Of a DNA stretch of 64,000 nucleotides, positions 41,436-56,210 are shown one piece after another. Source of the DNA: Euprymna scolopes (lineage: Eukaryota); assembly GCA_053919585.1 (NCBI GenBank), contig CM132798.1; one strand, given 5' to 3'. A model generated the notes under the pieces. The model had not been told where the DNA came from, did no database searches, and saw only the letters and a list, made by a program, of their open reading frames with translations. How positions within the stretch are numbered: position 1 is the stretch's first letter; each line of letters begins with the position of its first letter. A program made the position numbers and the translations under genes.

Positions 41436-42589
41436 ATATAATGCACCGTATCTTAAGCTGGGCATTTGGGATGTGATATACAAACTATTATTAGCGTATG
41501 AAACGATTATCTTTATGTAAGCAAATTAAGCTTAGATATTTTGGACGCATTACACACATATTAGATGCAACAGCAGTTATTACCAAATGAACTGAAAGGA
41601 AAGTGGAAAGTTTCGGTGTGTGAAGAAAATTGTATGTAGACTAAGGAATTGTTTTTCTGATTAAAATGACTTTCTAATAGAATGCACATGCGTGTAGTGT
41701 AAGTTGGAAAAATATTGTTATAAAATTGATGATATGAAATCCACTGGCGAAGTAAAAGCGCGCTCACGTGATAATGGTCAATTAAAAAAATCTAAAAGAA
41801 AGAAGCGTGTGTTAGGACAAAATTCATTTATATGTTTTCATGCGAAATACTCGAGCAGGCGTACAATTGAGTGTGTTATCTTTATAAAAAATAGAAGGCC
41901 GTGTACGAGCTGGATCCTTTTAATTAACGATCAAGTTTTTACAGGACTAGCATATCTTAATTATCATTAACAGGCATGAAACGGAAACATCCGGTCATGC
42001 ATGTGATAATTTTATAACATATACATTCAAAGCCGTTCTAATAAAAATTGTTCTTTTATCTTAAGTTTGTTATGATAAAATAATTGAATCATACATAAAC
42101 AGGTAATTTTTTATACAAATCTGTATGTAGTGTTCTTTCCTTACATACAAGGACCTCTTTGCAAATTTGTTAACTACGAAATAATCAGCAATGTAAACAA
42201 ATGCTCCAGATTTTTTCGATGTAATTGTTAAATCAGTTATTATAGATAAAAGCATCTATGAGTAATGTTTCTGAATCTTCTCCTCCTGATTTCCATCACA
42301 ACAGTCATATTCTTGCATAAATCATTGACATCTCTTAAGACGTTGTTTACTGCGAACCACAAAGTATTAGTAATAAAGGTATTTTTGATTTGCCCCCTTC
42401 TGTCATAAAACATGACATGTAATGTAGAAATGGTACTTAGTAATTTAAACCCCTTAAAACAAAGCTTAACCTTTTCAATAATTAAATCGAGACGCTGATA
42501 GTTGAAATGAATGGCAATTGCTTAAAGAACTCTTTCTAATTCATAATATTGTTGGTCCGACTCAAGATCAAGAGCTAAACTCAAAAACT

Positions 42590-43100
42590 CTTTTTTAGAA
42601 CGGCTTTGAATGTATCTGTCGTTAAATTTAATATAAATAATGTCAGATTATTCCAAAGCTTAAGAAGAGATTAATTCCTGAGAGAATTTACTGTTTTATA
42701 AGAGTCAAATGTACTGATTGAGATGCCGCAAGAGCGTTGTTTCTTGCCTTGACAGTTCACAATCCACTACGTAATCGAATGTAAGATGACATAGTTTTTT
42801 TTAGCTCATGTTTGTCACAGACGTTGCTAATATCTTGATAATTTAGTAATGATTCCATCGAATGCACTCATTTGAACTTTGATACCAATTTCTCCCTTCA
42901 GTTTATCACAACTGCAAATAGCTATTCATATAAGAAGAGTAAACTAATATAGTTTTCCAAATAAGTACAACACGACATATTTACATGTGAGGTTAATAAG
43001 TAGTTGCCATAAACTGTTTTCATGCTAACTTGTTTTATCAATTCTGTTCATAATTTTCCATCTTCACAAACGGTCCATCGATATATTAAAATCCACAATC
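42590..43100 (-). mobile_element. Old LINE RT C-terminal remnant
   Basis: Minus strand KLWNNL...TDTFKAVL and a WKIMN-like segment. Confidence 0.4.
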
Positions 43101-43496
43101 GATTATACTCAAGGTAAATGAGGAATTATTATTAAATAGAATACACTTCTGATATACATATTTGTTTAAACAGATCAGGATGCATAAAGCACTGTTCTTG
43201 TGTCAAATTGCAAAACTTTTTGTTTTATTGTAAAATTGACTTAAGTCAACGCCAACCTTAACGGCGACATAACACGTCTATCTTATATTTCCGAGGAAAA
43301 ATTAGACAGAATACAAGACTTCTATGTAGTTGTTTTTATTTTCATGCATACGAATAACCGATTTGTAAAACTTCATCATTTTGAATGCAGTTTTTAAAAT
43401 ATGGCCGACTGAATAGCATTATATGTTTCACACAAGGCCAAGAATTTATAAAAATGTGACATATATATGTGTGTATATATATATACATATATATGC

Positions 43497-43546
<50 letters not shown>

Positions 43547-43684
43547 GTATGTACATGATCTAATGTGAATGAGATGGTTACTGAAAATGTAAAAAAAATT
43601 TATTTAGGTTTATTAAACAGTAATAAAGAACACATGATGTTTAATAGGAATCTTGATTTAAATAAACATTGATGTTATGGAATT

Positions 43685-43746
43685 ACTAGCAGTTTAGCCT
43701 GCTTTGCCCGGCGCCCTTTGTACTGTTCATAACTTTATTTGCATAT

Positions 43747-43783
<37 letters not shown>

Positions 43784-44250
43784 TATATGTATACATATAT
43801 ATATATATATATATTAAAAACTTTGACTCATGTCTAGGTAACTTACATCTAAAATTTCAGATCTTTACGCTCAAGATTGCCAGATAAGTTGTGTAGAGTC
43901 TGGAAATTTTGACATTTTGGCAGCCAAATGTTCGCCAAAAAAACCTGATAAAACAACTTGATGCATGTCTGAATGACTTTTATGTGACATTTCAAATGTG
44001 TAGACCTAAAATTGGTAGAATATTTGCCAGAGACTTCAAGGGTCAAATCTTTTGAACTTTGATCCATATTTGTTGCTAATTTCTCGACCCAAAACGGATT
44101 TAATTTCGCTCTGTGTCTGAATCAACTTTTTGTAAAATTTCAAATGTTTTAACCAAAAGTTAGCACACTAAATACTTGACAGTGTAATTTACAGGAAAAA
44201 GTACGCACAGACAGACACACAGAGAGACAATTTCACTTTTGTAGATATAT
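43685..44250 (-). mobile_element. Non-autonomous Helitron-like repeat
   Basis: actagc...gcctgctttgcccgg end; internal similarity to the 45463-47294 copies; acagacagacac tail. Confidence 0.55.
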
Positions 44251-44379
44251 GATTTTTTGTAGATACTTGCTCGATCATCACTTGATGGCTTGCGATTGCA
44301 TCGCTAATATATCGACAATAAATATAATTATAGCACTCTTTCTCTCTCTTTCGTTGTAAAGTATAGAGAGAACCGGAGC

Positions 44380-45190
44380 AACCTCAGCGGAACATATTTT
44401 AATAGCACAGCCGGGATGAGATTGGGTTCGCATGTTTTTAGGTGTCTAGGTTTTTTATGATACCGTGTACCTCAGAAGAGGTGATTTTTAAATCATCTAA
44501 TGTCGCGTCGTTCCGCAAAGGAAAATCAGGGATGGAGTGGTGTGCCGTGTCCAATGTGGAGTTAGAGGTAAACGAACTGGCAAGCAGGTAAGTCTTCTCG
44601 GTTGTCCTGCAAACAACCTCATGATTGTTTGATAGTGGGGGAATCGTTGACTGCTCATTATTTACTACATAGTTGCAAATTTTCCAAAAGTCACGGGTTC
44701 CTAATTTCTGTTCTTCGATGCGTTTTCTGGTTGTTTCAGTATATGTAGTTTTAGCTGTCGCTATTTCTCTCTTACAATTATTTCTAGATCCTATATACTT
44801 CTGTCTGTTTGAACTTAAATTATGTCGGTTGAATCTGCGGTACGTATGCTGCCTTTGAGCAATGGCAGCTGCACAAGTAGAAGTAAACCATTAGGGAGAG
44901 TTGAGCTTGCTATAGAATTTCTGTGTGGGAACATGTGCTTCAATGGCAGTTTTGAACCATTCAGTGGTCTCATTTGCGCATGTTCAGCTCGAAAGATAAA
45001 CGATATTTACCCATGAGGTATCTCTGATGAGATGGCCGATGGCTTCCCAGTAAGCCTCTTTGTAATACCTCGTACATTAAAGTCACCAAATACATTTACT
45101 TATGCGCTAGTATCGACGGAGAGTGCTAGATCTATGCTGTCAGAAACTTTGTTTATAAGAGTACAGTCTTGGGTCGAGGAAGTGCTAGAA
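44380..45190 (-). mobile_element. Decayed CR1-group LINE endonuclease/linker fragment
   Basis: NVFGDFNV; EWFKTAIEAHVPTQKF...WFTSTCAAAIAQRQ, homologous to the 20242-20562 peptide. Confidence 0.7.
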
Positions 45191-45225
45191 GCTATTATTA
45201 CGTTGCATGTTTAGTCTGATATATA

Positions 45226-45268
<43 letters not shown>

Positions 45269-45462
45269 GAGAGAGACAGAGACAGAGACAGAGACAGAGA
45301 CAGAGAGAAAAAAGAAAGGGGGTGAAGGGAAAAGTATAGTTGACAGACTTACTGAAAATATATATAGCAATTAATCCCCGCGGAATTATCCGCGGTTCGT
45401 CCCCAGAAAGAAAAATCAGTCATGAACTTGTTGTTCCTGGTCCTTTGATTAATAAGCTCGCA

Positions 45463-46333
45463 ACTATTGGCTAACTGATGCCCGGCGTTGTCCGGTTATT
45501 TGGATGTGTCCGTTGAGCAAGAAAAAAAAGTGGTAATAGGAAGACAGACTCGAACCCGTACGACGATGGAGGAAAAGAACTATGGAAAAAAAACTGACGT
45601 GTATGCTGTTACGACAACAGCCAAACCGGAAGTGACATTTTTTAAAAAATTAAGGCTAGACAATCGAAAGGAGAGGATGATTTTCAAAAATATCCACGAA
45701 AAAAGCGCCGCCCCCCTGTAGAAAAATTCCCAGATGAGAGTGAAGATATTAATATTTTTAGCCAATTTTTCGATATTTAAAGTCTTAAAGGTCTGACTTA
45801 AAAACGATAACATCTTGGTAAAATCCGTCGCCTTTGTCAAAAGTTTTAGGCAGTCATGCAAACATACATACATACATACATACATTTATATATTGGTAAC
45901 TAAAGATTTTCGACCCAAACTGATGAAAAAGCTTGCCCTATCTCTCAATACCCTTTATTTAAAATTTCAAATGTTTAGACCAGAAATTATCTAAGTAATT
46001 TGGTAGAGACTGCAGAGGTTTTGTTTTTAATTTGACCCTTATTATGACTACTTAACATTTATTGTTTTGGGCTCAAATCAAGTTATTAAGTTAGATCCAT
46101 GCCCAAGGAACCTATATCTAAAATTCCAATTGTTTAGACACAAAATTGTCAGTGGAGTTTGGTAGAATTCTCAAAGGTCAAATAGTTGAACTTTGACCCC
46201 TTAACAACCTAATCCCTGGCCAAAACACGATCCCAAAGGTTTTCCTTAGTCTCAGTATTCTGTATATCAAATTTCTAGTCTGTAGACTAAAAATTGAGAG
46301 TTATTCCGTAGGGAAATGTACACACACACGCGC

Positions 46334-46412
<79 letters not shown>

Positions 46413-47294
46413 TAGCATTTCAGCCCCGCGTTTTCCTGGTGTTTGGATGTGTCTGTTGAACAAAAAAAAGCAAAAAAAAATAATGTGGTAGTAGGAAGGC
46501 AGGCTCGAACGCGTTCCGCGAGGAGGAAAATAACGAGGTAAAAACGTAACGTGTATGCTGTTACGACCACCGCCAAACCGGAAGCAACATTTTTTTTTGT
46601 AAATTTAGGCTAGACAATCTAAGAAGAGGATAACTTTCAAAAATATCAGCGAAAAAAGTGACCTCCCTGTAGAAAAGTGCCTAGTTGAAAGGGAAGATAT
46701 TAATGTTTTAAGCCAATTTTTCGATATTTGCTCTATGAACCGTCGAACTTAAAAAACGATACTGGTCTTAGTAAAATCCGTCGCATTTGTCGAAAGTTTG
46801 AGGCAGACATGCAAACATACATGCATATATACATACATTTACATATTGCTTACTCAAATTTTCGACCCAAACCGATAAAAAAGCTTGCCCTATCTCTGAA
46901 TACCCGTTATGTAAAAAATAAAATATTTAGATCAGAAATTGTCTGAGTAAATTGGAAAAGACCGCAGAGATCATTTTTTTTTTAACTTGGACCCCTTTTT
47001 TACCCGTTAAGATTTATTGTTTTGGGGTCAAATCAAGTTATTAAGTTAGATGCATGTCCAAGTAAACCTATATATAAAATTTCAAGTGTGTAGACCCGAT
47101 ATTGTCGGAGGAGCTTGGTAGAGTTATCAAAGATCAAATCGTTGATCTTTGACCCGTTAATCGCCAAATTTCTAGCCAAAATCGATCACATCGATTTTCC
47201 CTAGTCTCACTACCCTGTATATCAAATCTCGAGTCTGTAGACTAAAAATTAACAGACTTATTGTGTAGGGAAATGTACACAGACACAGAGACAC
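45463..47294 (-). mobile_element. Two tandem ~870-bp non-autonomous Helitron-like elements (45463-46340, 46411-47294) separated by (TA)n
   Basis: Colinear similarity along the whole length (tttggatgtgtc, gtgtatgctgttacgac, aagcttgccctatctct, gggaaatgtacac); actag + cccggcgttgtccgg-type end. Confidence 0.75.
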
Positions 47295-47461
47295 NNNNNN
47301 NNNNNNNNNNNNNNNNNNNNNNNNNNNNNNNNNNNNNNNNNNNNNNNNNNNNNNNNNNNNNNNNNNNNNNNNNNNNNNNNNNNNNNNNNNNNNNNNNNNN
47401 NNNNNNNNNNNNNNNNNNNNNNNNNNNNNNNNNNNNNNNNNNNNNNNNNNNNNNNNNNNNN

Positions 47462-48180
47462 ATTTTATATACAGGGTTCTGAGATTTGGGAAAATCTATG
47501 TGATATGTTTTCGGTCAGAAATTTGTCTGTTAAGGGGTCAAATTCAACGATTTCACCTTTGAGATCTCTACCAAAGTCCTCCGATATTTTTGGGTCTAAA
47601 CACTTGAAATTTTAGATATAGGTTCTTTGGACAGGGATCTAACTTAATAACTTGATTTGAGCACAAAAGAATACATTTTAAGGAGTCATAATTGGGGTAA
47701 AATTGAAAAAAATTGACATTTTTTTTCTCAGCATACACCTCCAAACACTCGGGAAACGCCGGCCACCCATGTTAGTATATTTATAAATGTGAGCGTTTGT
47801 GTGTGTGTGTCTGTCTGTCTGTGTGTCTGTGTACATTTCCCTACGACATAACTCTCTCAATTTTTATCTACAGACTCGATATTTGATATATATGGTACTG
47901 AGATTTGGGAGAATCGATGTGATCGGTTTTCGGCCAGAAATTTTGCTCTTAAGGGACCAAAGTCCAACGATTTGACCTTTCAGAATTCTACCAAACCCCA
48001 CTGACAATTTTGTGTCTAAACACTAGAAAGTTTAGATATAGATTCTTTGGGCATGGATCTAACTTAATAAATATATTTCAGCCCAAAACATTAAATGTTA
48101 AGGAGTCATAATAGGGGACAAATAAAAAAAAATACCGTTTTTTCTTTTCTTTTTTTTATTCAGCATACACCTCCAAAGTC
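47462..48180 (+). mobile_element. Two partial copies of the same Helitron-like family in opposite orientation
   Basis: gtgtacatttccctacg, ggatctaacttaataac and tttagatatagg are reverse complements of segments in 46000-46320. Confidence 0.75.
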
Positions 48181-48389
48181 TGACCCCTTAAGCCGCAATT
48201 AAAAGATTTTTCCAAATCTCAATATCCCTTATATAAAAAACCGAGTCCGTCGACGAAAAATGTCCAGAGTAGTTTGGTAGAGAAATGTACACACATATAC
48301 ACGGACAATTTCACAAGTTTTCTGTTGTTGATGCAGACCATCTACAAGTTTGCTAGTTTTGTACAAATTCTAAGAGTGATAGTCTGTCT

Positions 48390-49030
48390 GAAAGTAATAC
48401 CATTTTCGACGAGCGAGATCGTAGTTGCCCCACTTTACAATTCATGCTCTTAACCGATTCAGGGTATGGTAACAGAACCATAGCCAGCATCCGTAAAATG
48501 CAAATCCGGCTGGTTCAACGTTTGTAGGTAGAGCTCAACGAAGTTTCTGGCTACAGTTATAGTCTTTGGTGTGATTTCAAGTAAGGGTGAATGCATTCCC
48601 CCTCACATCTCCGAAGTAGGCTTGAAAATCACTAGTATACTACCTAGTTCTGCTGAAGAGTGTGTTGATCCACTCGCGCAATGAGATGGCTGCTGGCAGA
48701 CCCTGTGTGTGGCGGTAGAACTCGCTGCTGTCTCACAAGTCCAAAGATGTCCAGGCGTGGTTTCAGAAAGAGTGATACGACTGTCTTAACTTTTCTCTTA
48801 GAAACCCTGCCATTCTCCGACCTGAAGCCGCTGGACTACTTCGTTTCCCCAGCTGTTGAGAACATCACCATCATGACCTCACACAATACAAACACCAGCG
48901 TGATCGTTACAATCCGCTGAGTATTCGCCGAGCTCCCACCGGCGCTTGTGGCAAAGGCATGATCCCAGTTCCGGAGCTATATCGAGGCGGTGATTTATGC
49001 TGAAGACGGCTACATTGAACTCATGTCAGT
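48390..49030 (+). mobile_element. maT/DD37D-like Tc1/mariner transposase remnant
   Basis: VFGVISSKGECIPPH..GLKI, AGRPCVW, SDLKPLDYFV, SQFRSYIEAVIYAEDGYIE. Confidence 0.75.
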
Positions 49031-49088
49031 TCTATTGCCTAATTAAGTTATCTGCATTGATTTTCGTCAGTAAATGTTTTAAAATAAA

Positions 49089-49134
<46 letters not shown>

Positions 49135-50558
49135 CCTGCTCATGGCTGAAAGAGTGAGATCCCGTGTGAGGTCTGCAAGTAGCTTTTTCGGTTCTACTTG
49201 AAAAGTATCAGACAAGAAACATAAACGCTGGAAAATATTTTATTTCAACATACTTTGAGATACTTTAAGTTGAAAAGTAAATAAAATCGCTTGCCCGATG
49301 TTCTATCTGGATTCATGACGCCATAAAACAGTACATCCCAGGGAATTTCAACGGGTTCAGCTACAAGCTAAATTACACAAGATTAAGATACTGGAAAAAG
49401 AGGAGGATAAAATAATAGTCATTACCTTTTCCCCAAACACAGAAAAATAAAGGGATATTTTAGTTTATTTAGTGATGTAAGATTATCTTACAATTCTAAC
49501 GTAATATCATTTAACAACCTAGTTATGCGACATTTTTATCAACTACCGATACTCTGTGCCATTTAAATCGAATGGGTTTCAGTGCCAATTTAAAATTGTT
49601 AATTAAATCTGATCTTGATATAATCTCATTTCTCCCTTTCTCAAACACACATAAGATTAGGCCCTTTTGGCTTCATCTGACATTCCTTGCTGACCCAGCA
49701 CGCGGTGGCGACGGGTTAAGAACAGAAGAGTCAAATGTCAAGTGTTACGTGCAGAAATAATGTAACAGAAGGAACAATTAAGAGATGAAGATTTTATTTT
49801 ATCGTAATGTAAATGAATTCGACGATCCTTATTAGTTTTATATTTCGCGTGTATTTAAGCTAAAGAAAGAGCACTAACGAATAAACATACTGCTTTGTAG
49901 CATTTTGCTTGTTACCTCGTTCATATAAAATACCACAGATGTAGTGTAGAAATGTGTAAGCAAAAGTTAACACACATGTAAATATTACAGCGTTAATAAG
50001 TGCGTTTTCCTGCGATTGAGTGCTTATATGAATAGATGAGTGAGTTAATGTAATGTATTTCGGTATCATTCCATGTGCTCAATAGATCTACCAATGGAAT
50101 ACATTACGTTGATAGAATCTAATCCTGTAACCGATCATTATTTTAACAGATTTATTCGTAATACAGATAGCGTTAAAATACGTCTAATATTCGTATGGTT
50201 ATTTAATAGACAAGCAGGTACATATGGAAAATATATATAGATAGATCGATATTATTATTTTAAGTATCTGCATAAAATGTTATGAGAAAATATAATTTAT
50301 ATATGTATTTTCAGAGGGTATACAATTAATGAAAGTGTGCATATAATGTAAGGTATTTTTTACATTTTACAGCACATGAGAGAAGGAATGATGCCCTACA
50401 TGCTATTCATTAAGTATGAAAAAAGAACATTCAAAAGATGTTTTAAAAGAGTCATATTTATACTTGAAAACGTAAATCAGTCTCTAACCGGAGGTCGTAG
50501 CGTAAAGGGTGAGGAAACTTCCACAAATGAGTTTTTTTTCAGGAGGCAATAGTGGTTA

Positions 50559-50884
50559 AAAATCCTATTATAAATATTAGGAATTAGGTTCTATCCTATT
50601 ACAAAATCCTATTATAAATATTCTATCCTATTATAAACTCCTATAATAAATATTCTATCCTATGATAAAATCCTATAATAAATATTCTATACTATTATAA
50701 AATCCTATTATAAATATTCTATCCTATTATAAAATCCTATTATAAATATTCTATCCTATTATAAAATCCTTTATAAATATTCTATCCTATTATAAAACCA
50801 TATTATAAATATTCTACCCTATTATAAAATCATATTATAAATATTCTACCCTATTATAAAATCATATTATAACTATTATAAATA
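50559..50884. repeat. 32-bp AT-rich minisatellite, about 9 copies
   Basis: Unit aaaatcctattataaatattctatcctattat. Confidence 0.92.
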
Positions 50885-53800
50885 AGGTTCTAGCATTCTA
50901 ATTTTAACGAAGATTTGTATTAGGAAACTATTGTAAAGTGTATTCATGATGAATGTGTTAATCCTTAATAGGACTATTACAGATCAAAATATGCAACCAT
51001 AACTCAATGGTCTATCAAAACAAAGAAAAATGCCCCGTATTTTTTATGAGTTTTATCATTAATGATTGGTGAAAGTTTAATTTTATCTCTTTTGGGAAAG
51101 ATATACCTTCAATATTGAGCACTAACAAGCCGACACCTGATAATTATGGATTTAAGTACTGACCAGACTTCCCATGGCTTAATATATTAGATATAATAGC
51201 AAATTGATTGTAATTACAAAATAACCCCGCTGATCAGTAACAGAAAATATAACATATAAGTGTGTCATATTTTAAGGTCATAATTATGCGTAATTATAAA
51301 ACTCTACAGACAGTCGTATTTGTTACTCTATTATATCGGAATAAGGATTGTGAAAATAATATTGGCAGAATTTACTTAATAAGCATGATTTCTTTTCGAA
51401 TCTTTCCTGGCCGTAAGTCGACTTTAAGAATGTCAGTAACTTGTAAACATTTCCTGAAACCAATGGAGATAAAATATTGCCTTGATTCATATGTCAATTT
51501 AATCGACTAATCTTTCAACAAATACTGAACGTAATCATTAGTAGCTAATCTGATTTATAGTATAATATCTGTATAGATATAAACTCCTCATCCACGAGTA
51601 CACTCACAGAGAGTACACATAGTTCTAATCGATTAAATAAGTCTCGCGATATCACGATAAATTATAAAATATATTGATCATTCGATTTAAATAAAACATG
51701 AAACACACACGTTATGTTACCCTAATCTATCATCGATTATAATCACAGTTGTTATAACGCACCTATTATTCCCTGATAATTATTAAATTAGTGACAAGAC
51801 TTCCCATGCCTTAATATATTAGACATAATAGAAAATTGATTGTAATTAAAAAAACAAAAACAAAACAACAAAAAAACCGCTGATCACTAATAGAAAATAG
51901 CGTAATATTATACAAACAATAACAATACTTATTAAGATAGTGTTACCTTGCCAGATCTGAAGATGTGTCGTTAAGAACATATTGTCTTGCGTGACATAAT
52001 ATAAAATTGACGTTACAATATGGTGGGTGAAGATATTTCTTATAATATAGTGTTGTGTTTTAAAGATGTTATGTTCGGAGAATAGTATGTCAGGATCATT
52101 GAATATTCTAACAACAACCGGGCACGTTTAACACATGTACATCGATGAAATATTGCGACAATAAAAAGAGGAGAGATTAATCGTAGGTGTGTAAAACTCA
52201 AATGGTCATAATATAACTTCCTTATTTCTATAAAAAGATTAAGGTCTGGAACACATAATTTAAATCTATTTTGCAATTAGTTCAAAGACATGTGAATAAG
52301 TAATTATTAGATAATTTAGTGTAGGTTCCATTCGTAGTGTTAAATAAACACGTGAGTGCTTGGTTGATTCAAAATCACGTTTAAAATTGCTACAGGTGTG
52401 TGTGGTCGTAAATTGAACTCGCTACATCGTGCCTTTTGTCAGGTGGGAATAATCTTAACAGACTTTTTATCAATAATTTCTTATATATGAAACACATCTT
52501 ATATATATAAAACATAAATGTGGTGCCGCTAACAGGTACTACTACTATGGGTCAGAGTGGACCTGGGAATAATGACAATTAAAGGGTTGCTCCACACTCC
52601 TCAAAGCCCGCAAGCTTGGGCCTCACCACTGGATATACTTTCAGATCATATCCAAGACCTAATAGAACAGCATTTACATTCTAACTTCTACTATTTATCA
52701 ACTCTCAGCTGCTTTCGTGTAGGCAGTTTTGAGAGCATATTTCACATTTTATAACCTGTTTCTTTAAACATATTTTATCGTTAGCAACGGATGAAATATT
52801 CCAGTTTTAATTTTGATGTAAACACCGTATTCAGTTTGCAGTCGAAAATATTAACTTTTATTTTCTCGCGGCTGCTTGTTGCAACCTTTTCACATGCATT
52901 CATTTTTTTTGCTTCGATTGCCAGGAACAATAGGCGTTGTGACCTCGAAAAAGTAAGCGAGCACAATGGTGGGATTTTGTCGGCTTTCCTAACTGAGTTG
53001 CAATTCCTTTTTGTCGTCGAGAAGTGAATCTGAAGAGAGAGGCGCGTTTCCATTTCATTAGAGCAAAACAAATCGCCCGCAAGTCGTTGTATTTAGATGA
53101 TATGTCATGTGTTCAATTGATCTATACATGAGTGATATGCGCTGTTCAATTTTATTTGTGTGCGCATGAGAGTCGATTTTCATTCTCACTGTTTTATTCG
53201 GAATATAGATAGCAGTAAGTTACGTCTAATATTCGATTGAATGTGAAATCGACACACTGACACATGTGGAAAATTAACATAGATACGTAGATAAACAGAT
53301 ATTAAAATTAATACTTTTTCACATATTTACTAAAAAGGTTTGGAGGAGATAAACTATATCATATATATCTATTTCCAGTACTTATTTAAATAGTGCTTAA
53401 TGCCTGAGTAAATATGATAATTTTTATGATTAAACTACACATAATTTTCGGGGTAAAATAGACTGAAAAGCTATTACAATATTACTTACTTTGTTATTTG
53501 ATAACATTGGAAACTATACACTATAGAGCTATTCATCATATGCAGATACTATTGTGAAAATTGATAAAGTAATCCGCCAATACAGTCGCAATAAGGCAGA
53601 TAAAAAAGACAAAAAAATATACAAGTGTAAGTATGAAATAACATCAGTTTCGAGAAATAATCAGAACACGTATTTCTCGCCGAAATTAAGAATCGCGATT
53701 TTTGGAAATTTGTTTATATTTTTGTCAATAATAATCAATCAACAATTCCCATATTATTTAACAAACATGAGAGCTCAACTGCTTTCCCGACTATTCGTCA

Positions 53801-54853
53801 CAAACTCGACTCCTGACATAATAAACCACTACCTTTAAAATGACTTGGCTATCATCGCTTCTCAGGTCCGTGATATATAAAACACAGAAACTCTAAGCTT
53901 GTACACCTGCTACACTAATGTACATTATTTCCCAGTTACACCTTTTTCTCTCTGAATTACCCAACAAATACCTAATTGCATTTTTTTCAGATTGAAAATA
54001 TTCTATGGGCTACCATTATCTAATAAGTCTTGTGAACGAACTGACTCGGTAAACTCATTATACGTTTGTTCGGAAAATACATGTGTCATTAACCAACCTA
54101 ATTCTAATCAACCACCACAATGCTGCGAATAGTCTTCCAATAATTTATAGAAGGAATATACTATCCAGGGAAAGGGCTTGAAATACAAAGCGAGTAGATC
54201 TTTAAACATCAAAATCGCTTAGAACTAAAATTATTAAATCGTCCAGTATTATTGGATGAATATTTAATATAATCAGATAGTTCGTAGAGAAAATCCGGAT
54301 TATACTCGATTGAAGCACACTAAAACAATGTGAAGTTAAGACGAGTCTTTCCATTGGGCCTATCTTCGATGTTTTGTGCTATCAATGTTGTATTTCCGAT
54401 TACAATAAAAGGCACTGATATGAGACAAACTAATGGATTTTTTTTACTAAGCTATTATCTAAAACTTTAAAATAAATGTTGCTTTCAGAAAATTTAAATT
54501 AGATGAAAATATCAAATTTTAGTTTTTCTCAAATTTTAAGTTGAACATCGTTTCATGATAAATCTATCCTTACTTATCGACTCTGCAATAGCGGCTTGAT
54601 TATATAAGATGTTTGGAAAGAGGTGTTCTTTAATACTCTTCTACAGTCTTGAGTTTTACGTGTTTTGCTACTTTTTTCCCTTTCGATTTACACCAGTACT
54701 CTTGTTTTAATAATTAATGTAATTTGTCTGAAGAAGATAAAATATAATCAATGTCCAACGTAAAAATAATTTATTATAAATGTAGGAAGACATTTTATTT
54801 TGGCCAATTGATTTCAACATTAAAACACATACACACACGCAAATACGCACATG

Positions 54854-54904
<51 letters not shown>

Positions 54905-56210
54905 GTGTGTGTTATTTACTAACAAAACAGAAAATCTATCAGTTATATTATAGGAAAATAATAAGAAAATTTATGATATTCCTTATTCATACATTGTAAA
55001 CACCATTAAGCTGCATATTTAATAAAAATATTTCGAATATGAAGACACTTCCTCGTTACTTTTGAAAAGCTACTGCAATAAATAACTTTATATATTTACA
55101 ATTTTTAAACATTCTATTATTAAAATAAAACATTTGAATTCTGCTTATGTAAATGCATTTAATCCATACATTATGTCATCACTATCTGCAGTAATTTTGG
55201 AAAATGTTTAGCAATTTGCATGTTAAACCATGCTAATTCGGAATTCAACTTGTTTATTGTTCTAAATATGCACATAGGAATTATAACTTGAAGCCTTCGA
55301 AATTTATTTTGGATGTATTTAATTTTTATAACGACGATCCTCGAGTAACTAGATATGTTTCACGTCAATAAGAGGTATCACAACCAAAACGACTACGCAA
55401 TGGCAACGGTGTGAAATACGAAAGAGATTAAACAATGATGGGGTTATGTGAATCGAAATAAGTAAATGCATAAATAAAATGGAGATAAAGATTAATTTAT
55501 GAAATAGGAACGGATGCAAGATCGGGAAACGAACTGATTCATACATGAAATCGATCCTTTCTCATTTTTCATTGCCAAAATAAAGAGTTACTTGTAATAT
55601 TTAATATCGCAATGTATCTCCTGCATAAAGAATCATCAGTCGAATTATTGAACAAGATATGGTGATAATACTCAGTCGTCATTCCCTTTTCCTTTGTACT
55701 CTCTCCCTGCATAAGTGTCTTTTACATGGATATTGGTATACTTTATTTTTTCGCTAGTTAATTTTATTAAACTGCATTATTACTTGAAAATCAATTTACT
55801 TATCTGTCACACAACGCACTGTGCAATCGCCTTTTAGTATTTTCCACTCAGTCGTACAAATTATTTTCGTGTTTTATAGCACCACTACATATGAACCAAT
55901 ATATATGGGTGCGTATGTCTGTATGTATACATGTATGTATGCATGTGTCTCTGGATATGCTTGAATTCGGGCGNNNNNNNNNNNNNNNNNNNNNNNNNNN
56001 NNNNNNNNNNNNNNNNNNNNNNNNNNNNNNNNNNNNNNNNNNNNNNNNNNNNNNNNNNNNNNNNNNNNNNNNNNNNNNNNNNNNNNNNNNNNNNNNNNNN
56101 NNNNNNNNNNNTGTTTGCATATATATTTTTTAAAAATAGGGTCAGAAAGAATTGTGTTTTACTATACTGATTTTGTATTTGATATTTTCATATAACACAT
56201 TATTTAAATA

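Noticed and set aside
52520-52660. SINE/RTE 5'-UTR-like segment possibly containing a ribozyme
   Set aside because: Looks like an interspersed repeat with a hairpin, but it is single-copy in the window and I could not fit a ribozyme consensus.
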